This document shows, one piece after another, positions 25,203 through 38,118 of a stretch of DNA of 64,000 nt. The stretch's first letter is position 1; every line of letters starts with the position of its first letter. Position numbers and translations under genes: made by a program. Below the pieces are notes generated by a model, which searched no databases, was not told where the DNA came from, and worked only from the letters and a program-made list of their open reading frames with translations. Location of the stretch: assembly GCA_904063045.1 (NCBI GenBank), contig CAJFCJ010000013.1, forward strand, positions 664,156 through 728,155. The letters run 5' to 3'. This DNA is from Dimorphilus gyrociliatus. Taxonomy: Eukaryota > Animalia > Annelida.

Positions 25203-28200
25203 CTAAACTATACAGGGGATATGACGTCTATCGACACCAAGCCATTTTGCCAGTCTTGCAGTCCTGCTCTTAAAGTCGTTCTCTTCCAGTTGTACTGTGG
25301 AAGAAAGAAAGAAATTGTATTAGTTTCGTATATATATATAAAAAGTTAAATTTTCTTTAGTCCTCTTCCTTAACTCTAGATCTGTTCCCAACCGATTCGG
25401 CGACAAACAGCGGCAACTCCACAGTAAAGTGCAAATAGGGACTGAAAAAGATATACAAAAGGAGCATTAGTTAGGCTTAATGATTTATTTATTTTGCACC
25501 AACTAGAAGGAAGATAGGCCATAAAAACTTTCCAACGGGCCAATGTCCAAAAGTATAATTGGTCAGTGGAAGCACGAGGCAGACAGCAATTCCCATGACT
25601 TTGGGTCACAAGAGGTCAAATGAGGACAAACTATGTTAGCTTATTTGGGAAAAACCATCCAAGATGGCTGCCATCCTCATTTGATCTCTAGATGGGGATA
25701 CTTACTACAAGAATACATAGACAGCCTGCAAATTTAATAAAAATTTTTCTAATAATCTTATACACCACTCTTTAGAGATCATTATTTTTTACATGATTTG
25801 ACCATTTCAGTCCTATAAACTGCGTTTTAAGACCGAAAAAGAATTCGAACCGATAACAAAAATTCAAATTTTCCCTTACTGGCTACAAGAAATAGCACTT
25901 TTTTGTCATTTAAAGCTCGAATTCTAAAACTTTTTTGGCATATTTTAGAAAAATTTTTATTACTCTTCCAAGACGCCCATTTTGTCGTATGGGTAAGGTG
26001 TGATTGCTTCCGCAAATCTCCTAACTCTGCCTATTTCTAGAAATGGTCTGGTGGTCATTCTGACGTGCCAAAAAATGGTTGCCTAGGTGACTGGCATCTC
26101 TAAATTAGAGATAGAGTTGTAAATAGAGAACTGTATTGTCAGTCGATACCTTCAGTATAAAATTTCAGTATAAATATAACTAAAAGGTGGCTAAAATACC
26201 AAATTTTAACACATATAACAAATATATCTATAAGTATATTCTATTCGAAAGCTCATTAAACTTGTTTTAAAGTATAAATAAAGTCATTTCGCCAAATATT
26301 GTACACCCATCCGGAAATTAGCTATATTCAAAACACAACTGTTACTAGACAGTTTTGCCAATAGCAGACGAAATGGCGCTTGTTTACAAATTTAAACTTA
26401 CAACTAGCTTATTAAATTATTATCTGCAAATAAAAATGACTACAAAACGTATATTAAATATTAGTATGACTTTAATCAAAATATTTTACTATTTAAAATT
26501 TATTTTAAGTCTTTGAGAAATGATTTATCAAGTACCTTAAGAAATCGTCTGCTACATGATATAAACAAATATATCTGTATTGTATTATCTCTTATTTTCA
26601 AAACTAAATGACCGATTGAGTGTATCCAACTAATAAAAAAATAATAACATTGTCTGTAGAAGTTGTAATAAAGATCGGCTATATAAATAAATAAAGGATA
26701 TACTCTAAAATAACAATGGTACAAACTGTATTTGTAACATATGATTGATCATAATTAAAAAAAAAGGTAATAATAAATGTAAAAATAAAGAAATATAAGA
26801 TTGCATCTTCTATTAACAAAAGGTATAAAGTAGTGTAGAAATATCATGTAGTAGTTATTTTCTCCTTTGTCATATAATAATCCAAATATTCTGCAGCACC
26901 ATAACGAACGAATACTTAACAAAAAGAGATTATTATGCAATAGTAATATTAATTAAGAATACGAAAAGAAATGAAAAAGAAAGGAAGAAAAGAAGGAGAA
27001 GAATTAAGATACGCACATATCACAATTTGTTCAAATAGCAAGCGTGCAATAAAAGCATTGTTTTTGTTTTGGGTTGGAAAAAATTTTCCATACGGTGCTA
27101 TTTTTTCATACCCACACCTCTACTCGAATATTTTGGCATTTAAAAAGAAGTCCAAATATAAAATAGAGTTGAAGAAAAGAGAATAAAGGACTAAATAATA
27201 AATGGACGAATTGAATTATTTTTTTTGAAGCCCCTATTGTGCCCAAGCGCCATCGTATAATACATGAATATCAACGCCGGAATCGTAACGCCGAAGCTCG
27301 AAGTGCATTGGCATAGGAATTTTCGTCTTACCGGGACGGTCGTCCTTTCTTGGCTTAATTCTTGGATCTGGTGATTTAACAACGGCTAATTTTTCGCTTC
27401 TGCAGACTGACTGGGATCTTTGCCTTTGATAATTTATTGGTGGATTAACCGTATTAGACTGGGCCAGATCAAATCTATTTTGACTTTGACTACGATTGAA
27501 TGCTGGTTTTCTCGTTTGCCTTTCAGAAGTTCTTGAAGGTCGTTCATTCTGTTCAGGTTCTTTTGGCAAGGTTCTAGGTCTGGATGATCTGCCAACCACT
27601 GGGGTGATTGGTCGGGATTTAGGCTGGGTAAAGCTGCTCTGAGACGTAGCAACTGGCGTTGTGGATCGATTTCGAACTGGTGTCGAAGGTCTATTATGAA
27701 CTGGTGTCGAAGGTCGATTGCGTACAGGTGTAGAAGGTCTAGTAGTTTGAACCTTAGCGGCCGAGTTTATTGCAACAGGTTTCGATTGAGGGTTTTGACT
27801 ATGGTTTACTGGTGTTGAAGGTCTAGATGGAAGATTTTTTACCCCATTCGTTATATTTCTATTAGCCGAAGTGTTCAAAGGAGTTGACGACCTATTTCTT
27901 GTATTTTGTGTGGAATTAACTGGAGTCGACGGTCTATTCCTTGAACTCTGTACAGAATTGACCGGAGTTGATGGCCGACTTCTAGCTGAAGTTGTATTAT
28001 TAACTGGAGTTGAGGGTCGGCTTGTTCTTGTTGGAGTTGCATTCGCAGAGAAGACAGGAGTCGACGGCCGACTCCGAACTGAATTGGAAGCGTGAACTGA
28101 AGTAGTTGACCTATTAAGGGCTGGAGAGGATGGGCGAGCCTTTGCGGGTGCTGTAGAAGACAATGACTTTTGGCTCAGTATTTCCGGTGTGGATGTTCGT

Positions 28201-29935
28201 CGTGTACGATCTGCGCTAGCCGATCTCTCTCTTCTTCGCGACTTTAGATCTTCCGAAGAAGATTGACTCGATAGTCTCGATCTACTTCTGTCGCTTGACC
28301 TACTTGAAGAAACCGGTGACGGTGACATTAATCTTCCATTAACATCACCCATAGCTGAATTGGGCCTAATAGGTTGTCGTTGCATATATGCAGTTCTAGC
28401 TCCAACATCGGTTGCCCTAATAGGATTCGCAAGAGCGGAACTAGGCCTGTTTCCAATTTTATTTGGATTGATAGCTTCCTTTATTTTGTCAGCAATTTTA
28501 GATGTGTGTATCCCATTGATCTTTGGGTTACTTTTAATCTTAGGTTCATGTTTAGATGGTTCTTGGTTAATTTCCGAGTTAGACGACTTAAGACTCTCTC
28601 TATATTCCATAAAACATTTATTCATTTCATCGTTAATCTTCTCTAATTCTTCATCATTATCAACAAATTCGTCCATAGTTGCAACTGGTGTCAACAGAGG
28701 TCTAGGCTTGACGGTTTTAGCCGTCTTAGACGTCGTTGTTGAATCGATAATGGCGTGCTTACCAGACGAATCGCGGTTAATAGTAAACACATCTGGAGAA
28801 GAGGACTTGAGACTTCTCGATCTTACATCAGAATTCCTCATGCTTTGTATAGCCCCCTCAGAGCGTTTTCTTACAGGTTTATAACCTTCCATTCCCGTTT
28901 TATTACTCCTATCAAATGGTCATTTTATTACTTGATTATTGTCAATTATTTATTAGAAAAATATCTCACTTTTGAGAGTACGGGGAAACGTAATTCGATG
29001 TATCCGGTTTCCGATAAGCAGGATTTGTCACCGGTTTGGAACGGTGGGCTGTTGGATATTAAAAAAATTAATCCGATTACAGAAGACATAGACTTTTTAA
29101 TACAATCTCGCCCTTTTTGTTCTCTCTCTCTCTCTCTCTGTCTGTCAAGAGGAGATAGTTGGGCGATATCGAGAGAGAGAGAGAAGACTAAGAAAACGAG
29201 GTGGAAAAAAAAAAAAAAGATTAAACGTGCCCAATCAAGTTCTTTAAATAAAAAAAAACTATATAATAATAATAAAAAAACGCCATCTGTAATGTAACTA
29301 TGTTATTAATTAAGGGGAAAAGAGATGTATTAGAAACCTGAATCACGGAAGGATTCGTCTGGTATAGAGTTCGATCGGGAATCGATCGGATCCCTCCTGG
29401 CGTTGTTTAATTCGTGCTTACGTATAAAATTTACGACATCCATACTTGTATATTTTTCCCATAGTTCCTTCCAATCTGGTATACCACCCTCCATAGCCCT
29501 TATTCAAGCAATCTTCTCCTACTATTTTACTAAGCTGCTCCTACCCTTACTTCTCCTTCTTGTGCAAGATGGCTCTCTCCTTAACTAGTATACAATACAA
29601 TAGGCAAACTTAAACTTACCACCGTCTAAAGCGTTTAATGAACGACACCTGCAGAAGCATTCTAACTTCATTATCTCTCGTACAAAAAAGCGAAATAACT
29701 AAACGTTCGGTACAGAATGCTTTAATCGATCCAACTGCCGGCGTCTAGTAGTTACAAACCGTCTATTGAATATTCAATTCGCTTTAAACGATGGTTCTCG
29801 AACGTTCTTTTATCGTTAATTTAAATCCGTTGTTAGTTTTTGTTTTCAATTTAATTCTTAAGCATATTGATTGTATACTGGAGAGTCTGCAATACAACTA
29901 AACAAGCACACTGCAAAGGAAGGAGAAGAAGGCGG

Positions 29936-29970
<35 letters not shown>

Positions 29971-32256
29971 CCTCTGTCTGTCTGCTAAAATAGATTGCGC
30001 CTATATCAGGCGGTATATATTAAAAAATAACCTCAATTCTTCAAGCAAAACCTACCTCTCTATCCTAATTTTACTAGTTTTCCTCTTCCGCCCCATACGT
30101 TCCCCGCCTACATTTGCTAATTCCGCCCAAAATTTTAATACGTTTTCTTACCTATCTCAATTAATAAATTGGAAGAGATTTCTCCTTGTTCAAAAAAAAG
30201 AAATATCACGAATAAAAGCTACTATCGAAATAGACCGATATTTATCCGATAATATACAAAAAACACTTGGTACGACAAAGACATGCTATACCATTCAAGT
30301 TTAAACTCGTTCAACATATCGTAAATATCATAATAAAACACTAACGTTAAGAAAATGAAAGCTATTTAAGAATTATGCATATATACAAAATACAGTATAC
30401 TTACTTCCAGATATACAACGACAAGGATCGTGCTTATCCAAATAATGCTCAAGAGTATCCCAACCACCTCCAACTCTTACCATTACGCAATTATATAGAA
30501 TCTATTCATAAACAAGACAAAACAATTTATACATTTGTATATATTATTCACTTCTTTAATATTTTCATATGTTAATTAGATGCATACTCTTATGAATATT
30601 AATGAGTGTGAATTGCCAATTCTATACTTTCCATCAGATACCTTAATCATTTCAAACTGATCTGGACAAGTGCATCTTGCAACCATATGACGAACCTGGA
30701 AAATGATGAAAAGATAAGAATCTACAAAATAAAAAAATTGTGTTTGTATGCTTGTAAGTGTTAAAGGAAGAGAATAGTAAGAAAAGGCGGATAGTTGGTT
30801 AGCTAGAAGGAAGAGAGGGGAGAGAGATTAATTATATAACCAGCTTTCAATTTGGCCTACACGATTCTTGGATTATCTCTTAGATAAGAGAAAGAAATTA
30901 AAGGCTTATAAAAGATTATAAAGAGAAAGGAAGAATGAAAGAGATAAGAAAAAGGGAGTGAGGAGGGTGAGGGGAGAGAGAGAGTAAAGATAAGTTAAAA
31001 GTAAATCTATTTATCAAAATAAATATAGCACATTTTCATTCGTATAGGCCTTCATTAAAGGAAAATGTATAAATAACATATAGAAACGAGAGGATAATGG
31101 GAAAAAAGTTATATTTAAACAAGATATTTACTATCTACTTAATTTTTAGCTGTAAAGGAGGATAAGTAAACTATTACTACTGTATGTAACATTCCTTAGA
31201 AAGGAGAGAAAAAATCACTTGTCAATAGGCCTAATATGAGACTTTATATATAATATTTCTGTCATCTATCAACAAGATACGTGTTTAGATTACGAATTAA
31301 AAAAATAATTCTTTAAATGATAAATAATTCATAAAATGGACTATAGATGGCACTCGAATAGCTTTTTTTTCTTTTTTGTTTGTAACTGTTTAAACAATGA
31401 AAACACAATGGGGAGAGGAATTGAATTTTTAAATTAGCGGACAGGAAATTCCCTTACATACTACTCAATTTATTACTAATTACCCTTTGACAATAAGTAG
31501 GAAGCTTTACGGAGGCTAATTGATAAAATTATATAGGGACGAAAAAATAAATTAGAGAGAAAAGGGGGCGGAAAAGAGGGTGGGACGGAAAAAGCGAATA
31601 TTTTCCGTTACGTCTTCTTCCGCCCCCCTAGGAAAGGGAAAAAATTGACACGGATCAACTCCAGAACGTTATGATTGAATTATCGACGCGTTAAAGTCAC
31701 CACGTGTCGTTCAGCTGCGACGTTTCTTACAGCTGTTTCAGATCTTGGAATCGATAAAGTAATTAAGGAGAGAATATATCAAAGAGTTCATAAAAAGTTC
31801 ACAAAACGTCATTTTTCTGACGCTTTTAAAAATTTTAAGCCTATATACTATATATATATATAAACTGTGTAAATAGACTTAGAAATGGTAATAAATAACC
31901 TATCACGTAGAGAAGAGTATGACAATTAGAATAGAAATAAAATAATACTCTACTATATATAATTGTAAAATGCGCAAAGTAGATTAAAGGAACAAGAGTA
32001 TAAGAGAGGAAGAGAGATCAATTAGCAATCCGTTTAGAGCATTCCAATGACGTAATTAAAGTACGATATTTCCCACACTTTTTCTCTTCTTCCCTTCTAG
32101 CGTGCCTATGTTGTATACGTATTCTTTTGTATTTCGAATATACAGTATATTCTGTATATCCAGTATTACACACGACCCTCCCACACTTCTCCGCCCCCTA
32201 ACAACCCGCCTATCTCGTTTTATAATTTTTGTCAACTAGGCCATAGCTCCTGCCTC

Positions 32257-32290
<34 letters not shown>

Positions 32291-33291
32291 ATCTATCATC
32301 GAGTTCAAGTTGTCCCCAAAAAAGTCTATTTTGAACGATATATTTTCGCTATTCGTTAATAAATACATGACCTTACGCAGTTGTATCAAAAAAGAAAAAG
32401 AAGGTATCTTAAAGCATTCTTTAAAGATCAATAGTTTTTTACTAGTTTAGCTCCTAATCTTATCTTAAACGTGTTTTAGTTGAGGAAATATGTTCGTTAT
32501 TGTTTCTTTTTGTTTTTAATATTATCTTTTTCAATTATTTTTTTTATACTTACGATTTCGTCTAATCCTCTTAAATCCGCTTTCTTTCTTCTTGATTGCT
32601 GTTTAGGTTGTTCTATAACTGGTTCATTTAGGTCTTTTTCCAAATATTCAATACTATTATTAGATTCGCTTTCGTAATAACTGTCAATATCGTTATTATT
32701 TTCATTTTGAGCTAGGTTATTGTCGTTTTCATCTTCGTCAGAGTCTTCTAGTTCTCTATCAATTTCTTCCTCAAATTCAATAAGCTTTGGAGCTAACATA
32801 CCGAATTTGGAACCTCTTCTTGCTACCTCTAATAGGCATAATATAACTAAACGTTCGGAATGTTCCTTATTTCTTTCAACAAGGTCATTTGTTTCGAACA
32901 AAACGACATCGTTAATTCCTAAATCCCTGCAGAATTGTATAAAATTCGTTACATTATCTCTAGCTTGAAAGGATTTCCGTTCGACGTTTTCCCGGTACTT
33001 TAAATTATTATCGGGTAATGAGACGATCGGAAGTTTCTTGAGCCTACTCCACGGTATGAAAGCATCCGGGCTGTCGGCAACTTTTATTATATATTTCCTT
33101 AATTCATTGGCATGTTTACAAAGTACAACACCAGTTTCTAGTGCCTGGAAAAAGTTTTCTTCCGTCATTCCTATCTGATAGAGAGTATTGAACCAATTGA
33201 CAAGATCCTTTTTCATAGCGTACATGTACTCATTCTTCGTACGGAATGGTTGAACAGATTTATGTTCAATGGAAATAATTTCGTTCTCCAT
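25203..33291 (-). CDS. GAS2-like actin-microtubule crosslinker: CH domain, GAR domain, long S/T/P/R-rich tail; alternative ends at 27234 or 25203
   Basis: Exons 33291-32554 (CH: [39 protein letters not shown]), 30695-30588 and 30501-30405 (GAR: RCTCPDQF...DGKYRIG...[22 protein letters not shown]), 29048-28970, 28908-27234. An optional terminal exon lies at 25294-25203. Confidence 0.92.
25370..26110. mobile_element. Possible decayed transposon/MITE-like island in the GAS2-like last intron
   Basis: Locally GC-richer, with a 15-bp inverted repeat (25612-25626 / 25674-25688). No transposase ORF or target-site duplication was identified. Confidence 0.25.
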
Positions 33292-33521
33292 CGTCCTTCC
33301 TATCCTTTCTCTCTTTTTCAACTAGTTGAAGATCGATTTGAACGTTAAGAGCCTGCTTCTGAACATACTTAGCGGGCAAACGCCACCTATCGGAAGAGAA
33401 GCTGTAACATTAATATTATTAGTTTTATTAATACATTTATATCCAATTGAGTTAATAATAAAAAAATCTCTATAAATTTGGATAATACATGGAGAGATAG
33501 TATGTATGTATATATGTATGT

Positions 33522-33527
<6 letters not shown>

Positions 33528-33562
<35 letters not shown>
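33528..33562. repeat. (GA)n microsatellite
   Basis: Read directly. Other GA/TC tracts lie at 22438-22468, 29936-29971, 32261-32287, 33828-33852 and 34130-34166. Confidence 0.9.
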
Positions 33563-33565
<3 letters not shown>

Positions 33566-34127
33566 AATAGAGAAAGATTAAAGTATTCTCAAAATTGTAC
33601 CTCTTTTTTTTTTACATAAATAACATTCGTCATAACTTTTCTATGACTAAAAAAGTCTATAAAACAATGGTAAAATTATGTACTAATTACCGCTATCTTA
33701 TTAACTTAATCAGTTATATATTTAGGTCAATCAATTACATTCTTATTAATATTACAATAATAAATAAGTCATATATGGTATATACATGAAAAAAAATTCA
33801 AAGAGGAGTTATTACTTATTAGACTGTTTCTCTCTCTCTCTCTCTCTCTCTCTTCTTTAAAAGAATGAAGTAGAAGAAGAAGAAAAAAATTCAAAAGTTT
33901 CATATACATAGAGTATAAACACCGCAATTTCTTACTATAATTTTCTAAAAAAAAGAATTCATTAACTATTGCGAATAAACAGACCAATTTAATCCTTTAA
34001 CAATGCTTTTATACATTCATAATTGATCAAAAAAAAAGTCGGGAAAAAAATTACTGTTCAATTTATGCGACGAATGAAAATAGTAATATTCTCTTTAAAG
34101 AGTAAAATAGTAATTGTATTAGTAGAT

Positions 34128-34174
<47 letters not shown>

Positions 34175-35545
34175 AAATAAAGCGATAAAAATCATAGATT
34201 CTTTCTATCTTCAAGTTTAACTTACTTAGTGGAAAATCACTTTGCGAAATCTGTCGCATTGACCTTCCTAACGGTCGGGAAAGAGGGGGGTTGGAAGAGA
34301 GTTTTTTAGAACGATATAGAGCAGAATATCCCTGTTTTGATGAGTGAACTTGTTATTCTACTCAAAGGTAAAGAAGAACAAAATTCATTTATGCCGAATT
34401 AATGCGATCAGTACAATCAAAACCTCTTCAAATGCCAAAATGAGCGAATATAACAATAAATGCACACAAATCAGAAATATCAATAATAATACAATAGGCT
34501 CTAGTAAAAAAAATCTTTCCATTACTTTTTTAACGCCTTATTAGTTTAACCATTGAATACTAATTATCATTATATATATATATTTATATATCGTATTTAG
34601 CTACATTGTAAAAAAAAAAAGGTCTCTCTCTCACCTAACTTAAACTTTCTTCTTATAGGCTAAATTTCTGTTTATAAACAAGGTTTATAATTCATGTAAT
34701 AGTCTAAACATATAAAGTATACAGTATAGAAAGATTTTTCACTTTAGATAACTCTGCACCGTATCGAATGAATAGGCCGAGAACATTAATCATAAGAATT
34801 TTCACAGGTTCTGCTATAAAAAGGACAGCTAGACCGTTTCGTTACAATATTATACGGTAGTTTCATGTTATTAGAATACTACCGGAGTATTAAATATGGA
34901 TATTGATACTTAATTGACAAACCTCGTCCGTCTTGGGCTACATGTGTAATTCATCCACTGTTGACATTTTTCCAATTCATCTATTAATCGATGTTCCCCG
35001 CTTTTCCCCTTATATTCTAGTCATATTTTCCAGCTATAGAGCCATCCTAATCACTTCTATCACATTTCGGGCCTATATGTGTCCAATTGGTAAAAACATA
35101 TATACACATCATATTTGTTTCCAACTCGTCTGCTTCTTACCGGAAATCCGGTTAATTCGTGACATATGCGATAGGGGGAAGCACTATAAGTTGCCAACTA
35201 GTCCTAACTGCTTGAATAATTAAACCTACTAAACGCCTATATAAACAAGAAAACAACTTTCTTTGCCACGTTTCTTGTTTGTGGCGAATTTTTTAAGTAG
35301 TGTTAATTTTTTTGTATGTTTAAAAAGTTCTAATTTATCTAAAAGGTGTGAAAATTACGATTTTGAACTACTCATAAACAACTCGAATTGAGAACAACGA
35401 ATGGTATAAAAAGGGCGTCAAATTCTTGAAAAGTTAAGTAGTCGGCAGAAGACCGAGCTTGCTGGCGGAATTTTTCCTGCTACTTGTACGGACTGATTAG
35501 CGACTTTAAATACTTCAACTACAGTTCATTTCAAGATTTACAGAG

Positions 35546-37222
35546 ATGAAGGCAGTAATATTCAGGAAGGACTTGGTCGTTTTCCTCTGTTTTGGGCTAT
35601 TCGGTGAGCTTACCAACATTTGCATAGTAGTAAAGCGAATTCTATTTATTAATTACTTTTTCTCTCTATCCGTCCACGTCTCTCATCCTCTTCTCTCCTG
35701 TTAATCGTATATAGCCTTAGGCAAGAGTTTAGAAGCGATGACAGCTATCTTACCAGATAAAGACTTATTTGCAAGTTTGTCCTTCAACTTTGCGGCAAAG
35801 CTTGCCCACAGACTTTGTAGGTATATTATTACTTGACAGAACGTGGTTACTTGACAATTTGATCATCTATGACTGTTAGATCAACTACAAACGCTACTAA
35901 GACCGAAACCGATGCCCATTGCCTATCTTTTCACAAAAAATTACTGTTTAACGGGCCGTTAAATTCTTTTGATGTTGCCAATCAGTACAACTTGACAAAG
36001 AACGAATTTCTGGAGGATTTCGAAAGATTTAGCCTTATCGTCAGTTGTAATAGGAATGCGAATACACTGATTGGCATTGTCAATATTATTGACAACGATG
36101 AACTTGAATTTTTCCAATTTCCTAACGATGTATCATCATCATTATCATCATCATCACCGTCGTCGTCATCATCATCATCATCATCGTCATCGTCATCGTC
36201 ATTACCAATTGAGGAGATGAGGGTAGTCAAATTGTCCTATTATCTTGATCTTAGAAACAATGGTATAGAAATGGATAACTTATGTCAGTGAGTAGAGTAA
36301 ACACTTGAACTAGTTAAAAATGGACGAAATTCATACTTGTCTTTCGAACAGCATCTCAACCCATAATGATAAGAATATCATATTTAATATTTCATCGGTT
36401 GCTTCATCTATAAAGTTAGCAAATGCAAATCATTACAGTAGATCACTTTTCAGTCTAAGAGGTAATGATGATTGGTTTGCTCAACCCAGATTAGCGAAAG
36501 TGTTCAAGTCTTCTTTAATTGAAAAGCCTTGTCTGGACGAAATAAGGGGCTCCTCTTTAAATATTACGAATGGAACACTACGACTTCTTCGAACTTTGAC
36601 CGACGTTGTAACTGCTAAACGGCAATCAATTTGTTTCGTTATGCCGGCGGATAGGAACATGATTGTTGAAATCCTTACGGACCGCAAATTGAATCTAAAA
36701 ATCATTGGCTATTTGGAAAATGGGCTTATGACACGTTTTCTATTCTTTAGAAAGAATAAGGAAATATCCAGGATAGATACTAATAGTATTTTTTGCGGAG
36801 GTACCAAATTTGATTTCACCGGCAAGGAATTTTTATTCTTAGAACGAGATGATTTCAAAGCTTCAGCCGAAGATGGTACAGTTTACATAGTTTTAAAGGA
36901 TTTGGGTCGAAAAGTACAAATAAAAATTGTCCGATTGATAAACAGTAGCGGGATTGGCTTTAGCTTTGAGCTTATGAACATCGGTGGCGACTGGAGTTCG
37001 GACTGTTTAACTGGCGGACTAATGGGAACGATTGCAAACTTTTCAATCTACGAACAATCAGAATTGGTCACAGAGATGGAAGATATAAATAGAAGGGCAG
37101 TTGTTAACATTAATAATAAACCGACTGCCGCCTATCTAGCAGATGAGTCGGCGAGTTGTTGGCTATTGATGGATAACGATTTTCACTTTTCCAACCTCTT
37201 TGCTAATTTTGTTCACCTTTAA
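35546..37222 (+). CDS. Secreted protein with poly-Ser linker and a C-terminal domain resembling the inter-alpha-trypsin inhibitor heavy chain C-terminus
   Basis: Exons 35546-35603 (signal peptide MKAVIFRKDLVVFLCFGLFA), 35715-35820, 35880-36287, 36352-37222. The 64-nt intron 36288-36351 joins the two long ORFs in frame. SICF...ILTD...IIGYL...GGLMG resembles ITI_HC_C from recall only. Confidence 0.75.
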
Positions 37223-38118
37223 ACTGTTCGTTCATATATTCTTGCATTTACTTTCAATATTTTAGGTAAATAGGTGGGAATTGCAATAATACATTGTGTT
37301 GAAAAATGAACATTTGTAAGATTTCACTTGAAATTATAGACCAGCAATTGGGGACGCTAGGTACATCTGATAGAAAGGGATAATTTACCCTGAAAATGTT
37401 TAGACTAAATAAAACTTCGAAATTGAAGGATGGAATAAACTTTTGATATTTTTACGGCCAGACATGGATAATGCTATAACCAACTATCAAAGCAAACAGT
37501 TTTCTGAAGCAACAATCAATTTCAGTTCAGAATCTCGCTTTATAATTTACATCGTGTAGATTTGTACGGATTAATTTAGGATTCATTTAAGCTTTCTTTC
37601 AATGATTCTCTCTTGCGTTTTGAAACAGTAATAGTTTTTTATCTAAAAAAAAAGCAGTAAGACTATTGCAAAATATAATCAAACGCTTATTTAGCAGCTT
37701 TTCCATACGGAAAATCCTTTTTGTATTTTCCATTTTCTAAAGCATGTTCATAATCAATACATAAATATAACGTTACAAAAGACAAACTCAACAATGTTTC
37801 AACAAAATTCAGTTGAGATCGTATAAAATTAATAAAGCAAAGAATCAAAAAAATTAAGCTCTCTCTCTATTCGCAAAAAAGGAAAACCAATCAACCAACG
37901 TAGTGCGTTCGACCATTCGACCAAATTTTAAATATAAAATGTAACAAACTAAAGATACGTTTCTAAATTTATCGTATAAAAATGCAGCGGTAGCTAAATG
38001 ATAACTTAGTGATAGCATTTATGAAATTAGCAAGGAAATCAAATAGATTAGAAATATAATCATTCGACTCCTAAATGCAAGCGCAACCATATACATAAAC
38101 GTTAATCATCAAGATATT

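Noticed and set aside
27660-28100. Repeated nucleotide units considered as a possible CRISPR-like or non-coding array
   Set aside because: They are codons for the RPSTP peptide repeat inside an open exon, with variable third positions; the context is eukaryotic.
28360-29297. Plus-strand ORFs of 174, 90 and 180 aa
   Set aside because: Antisense shadows of GAS2-like exons and microsatellite-driven open frames.
34930-35223. GC-richer island with a 96-aa ORF, possible retroelement remnant
   Set aside because: Multiple stops in the plausible frames and no recognisable RT, gag or transposase motif.
35982-36230. Minus-strand poly-Asp ORF
   Set aside because: Antisense of the poly-Ser linker in the secreted protein.
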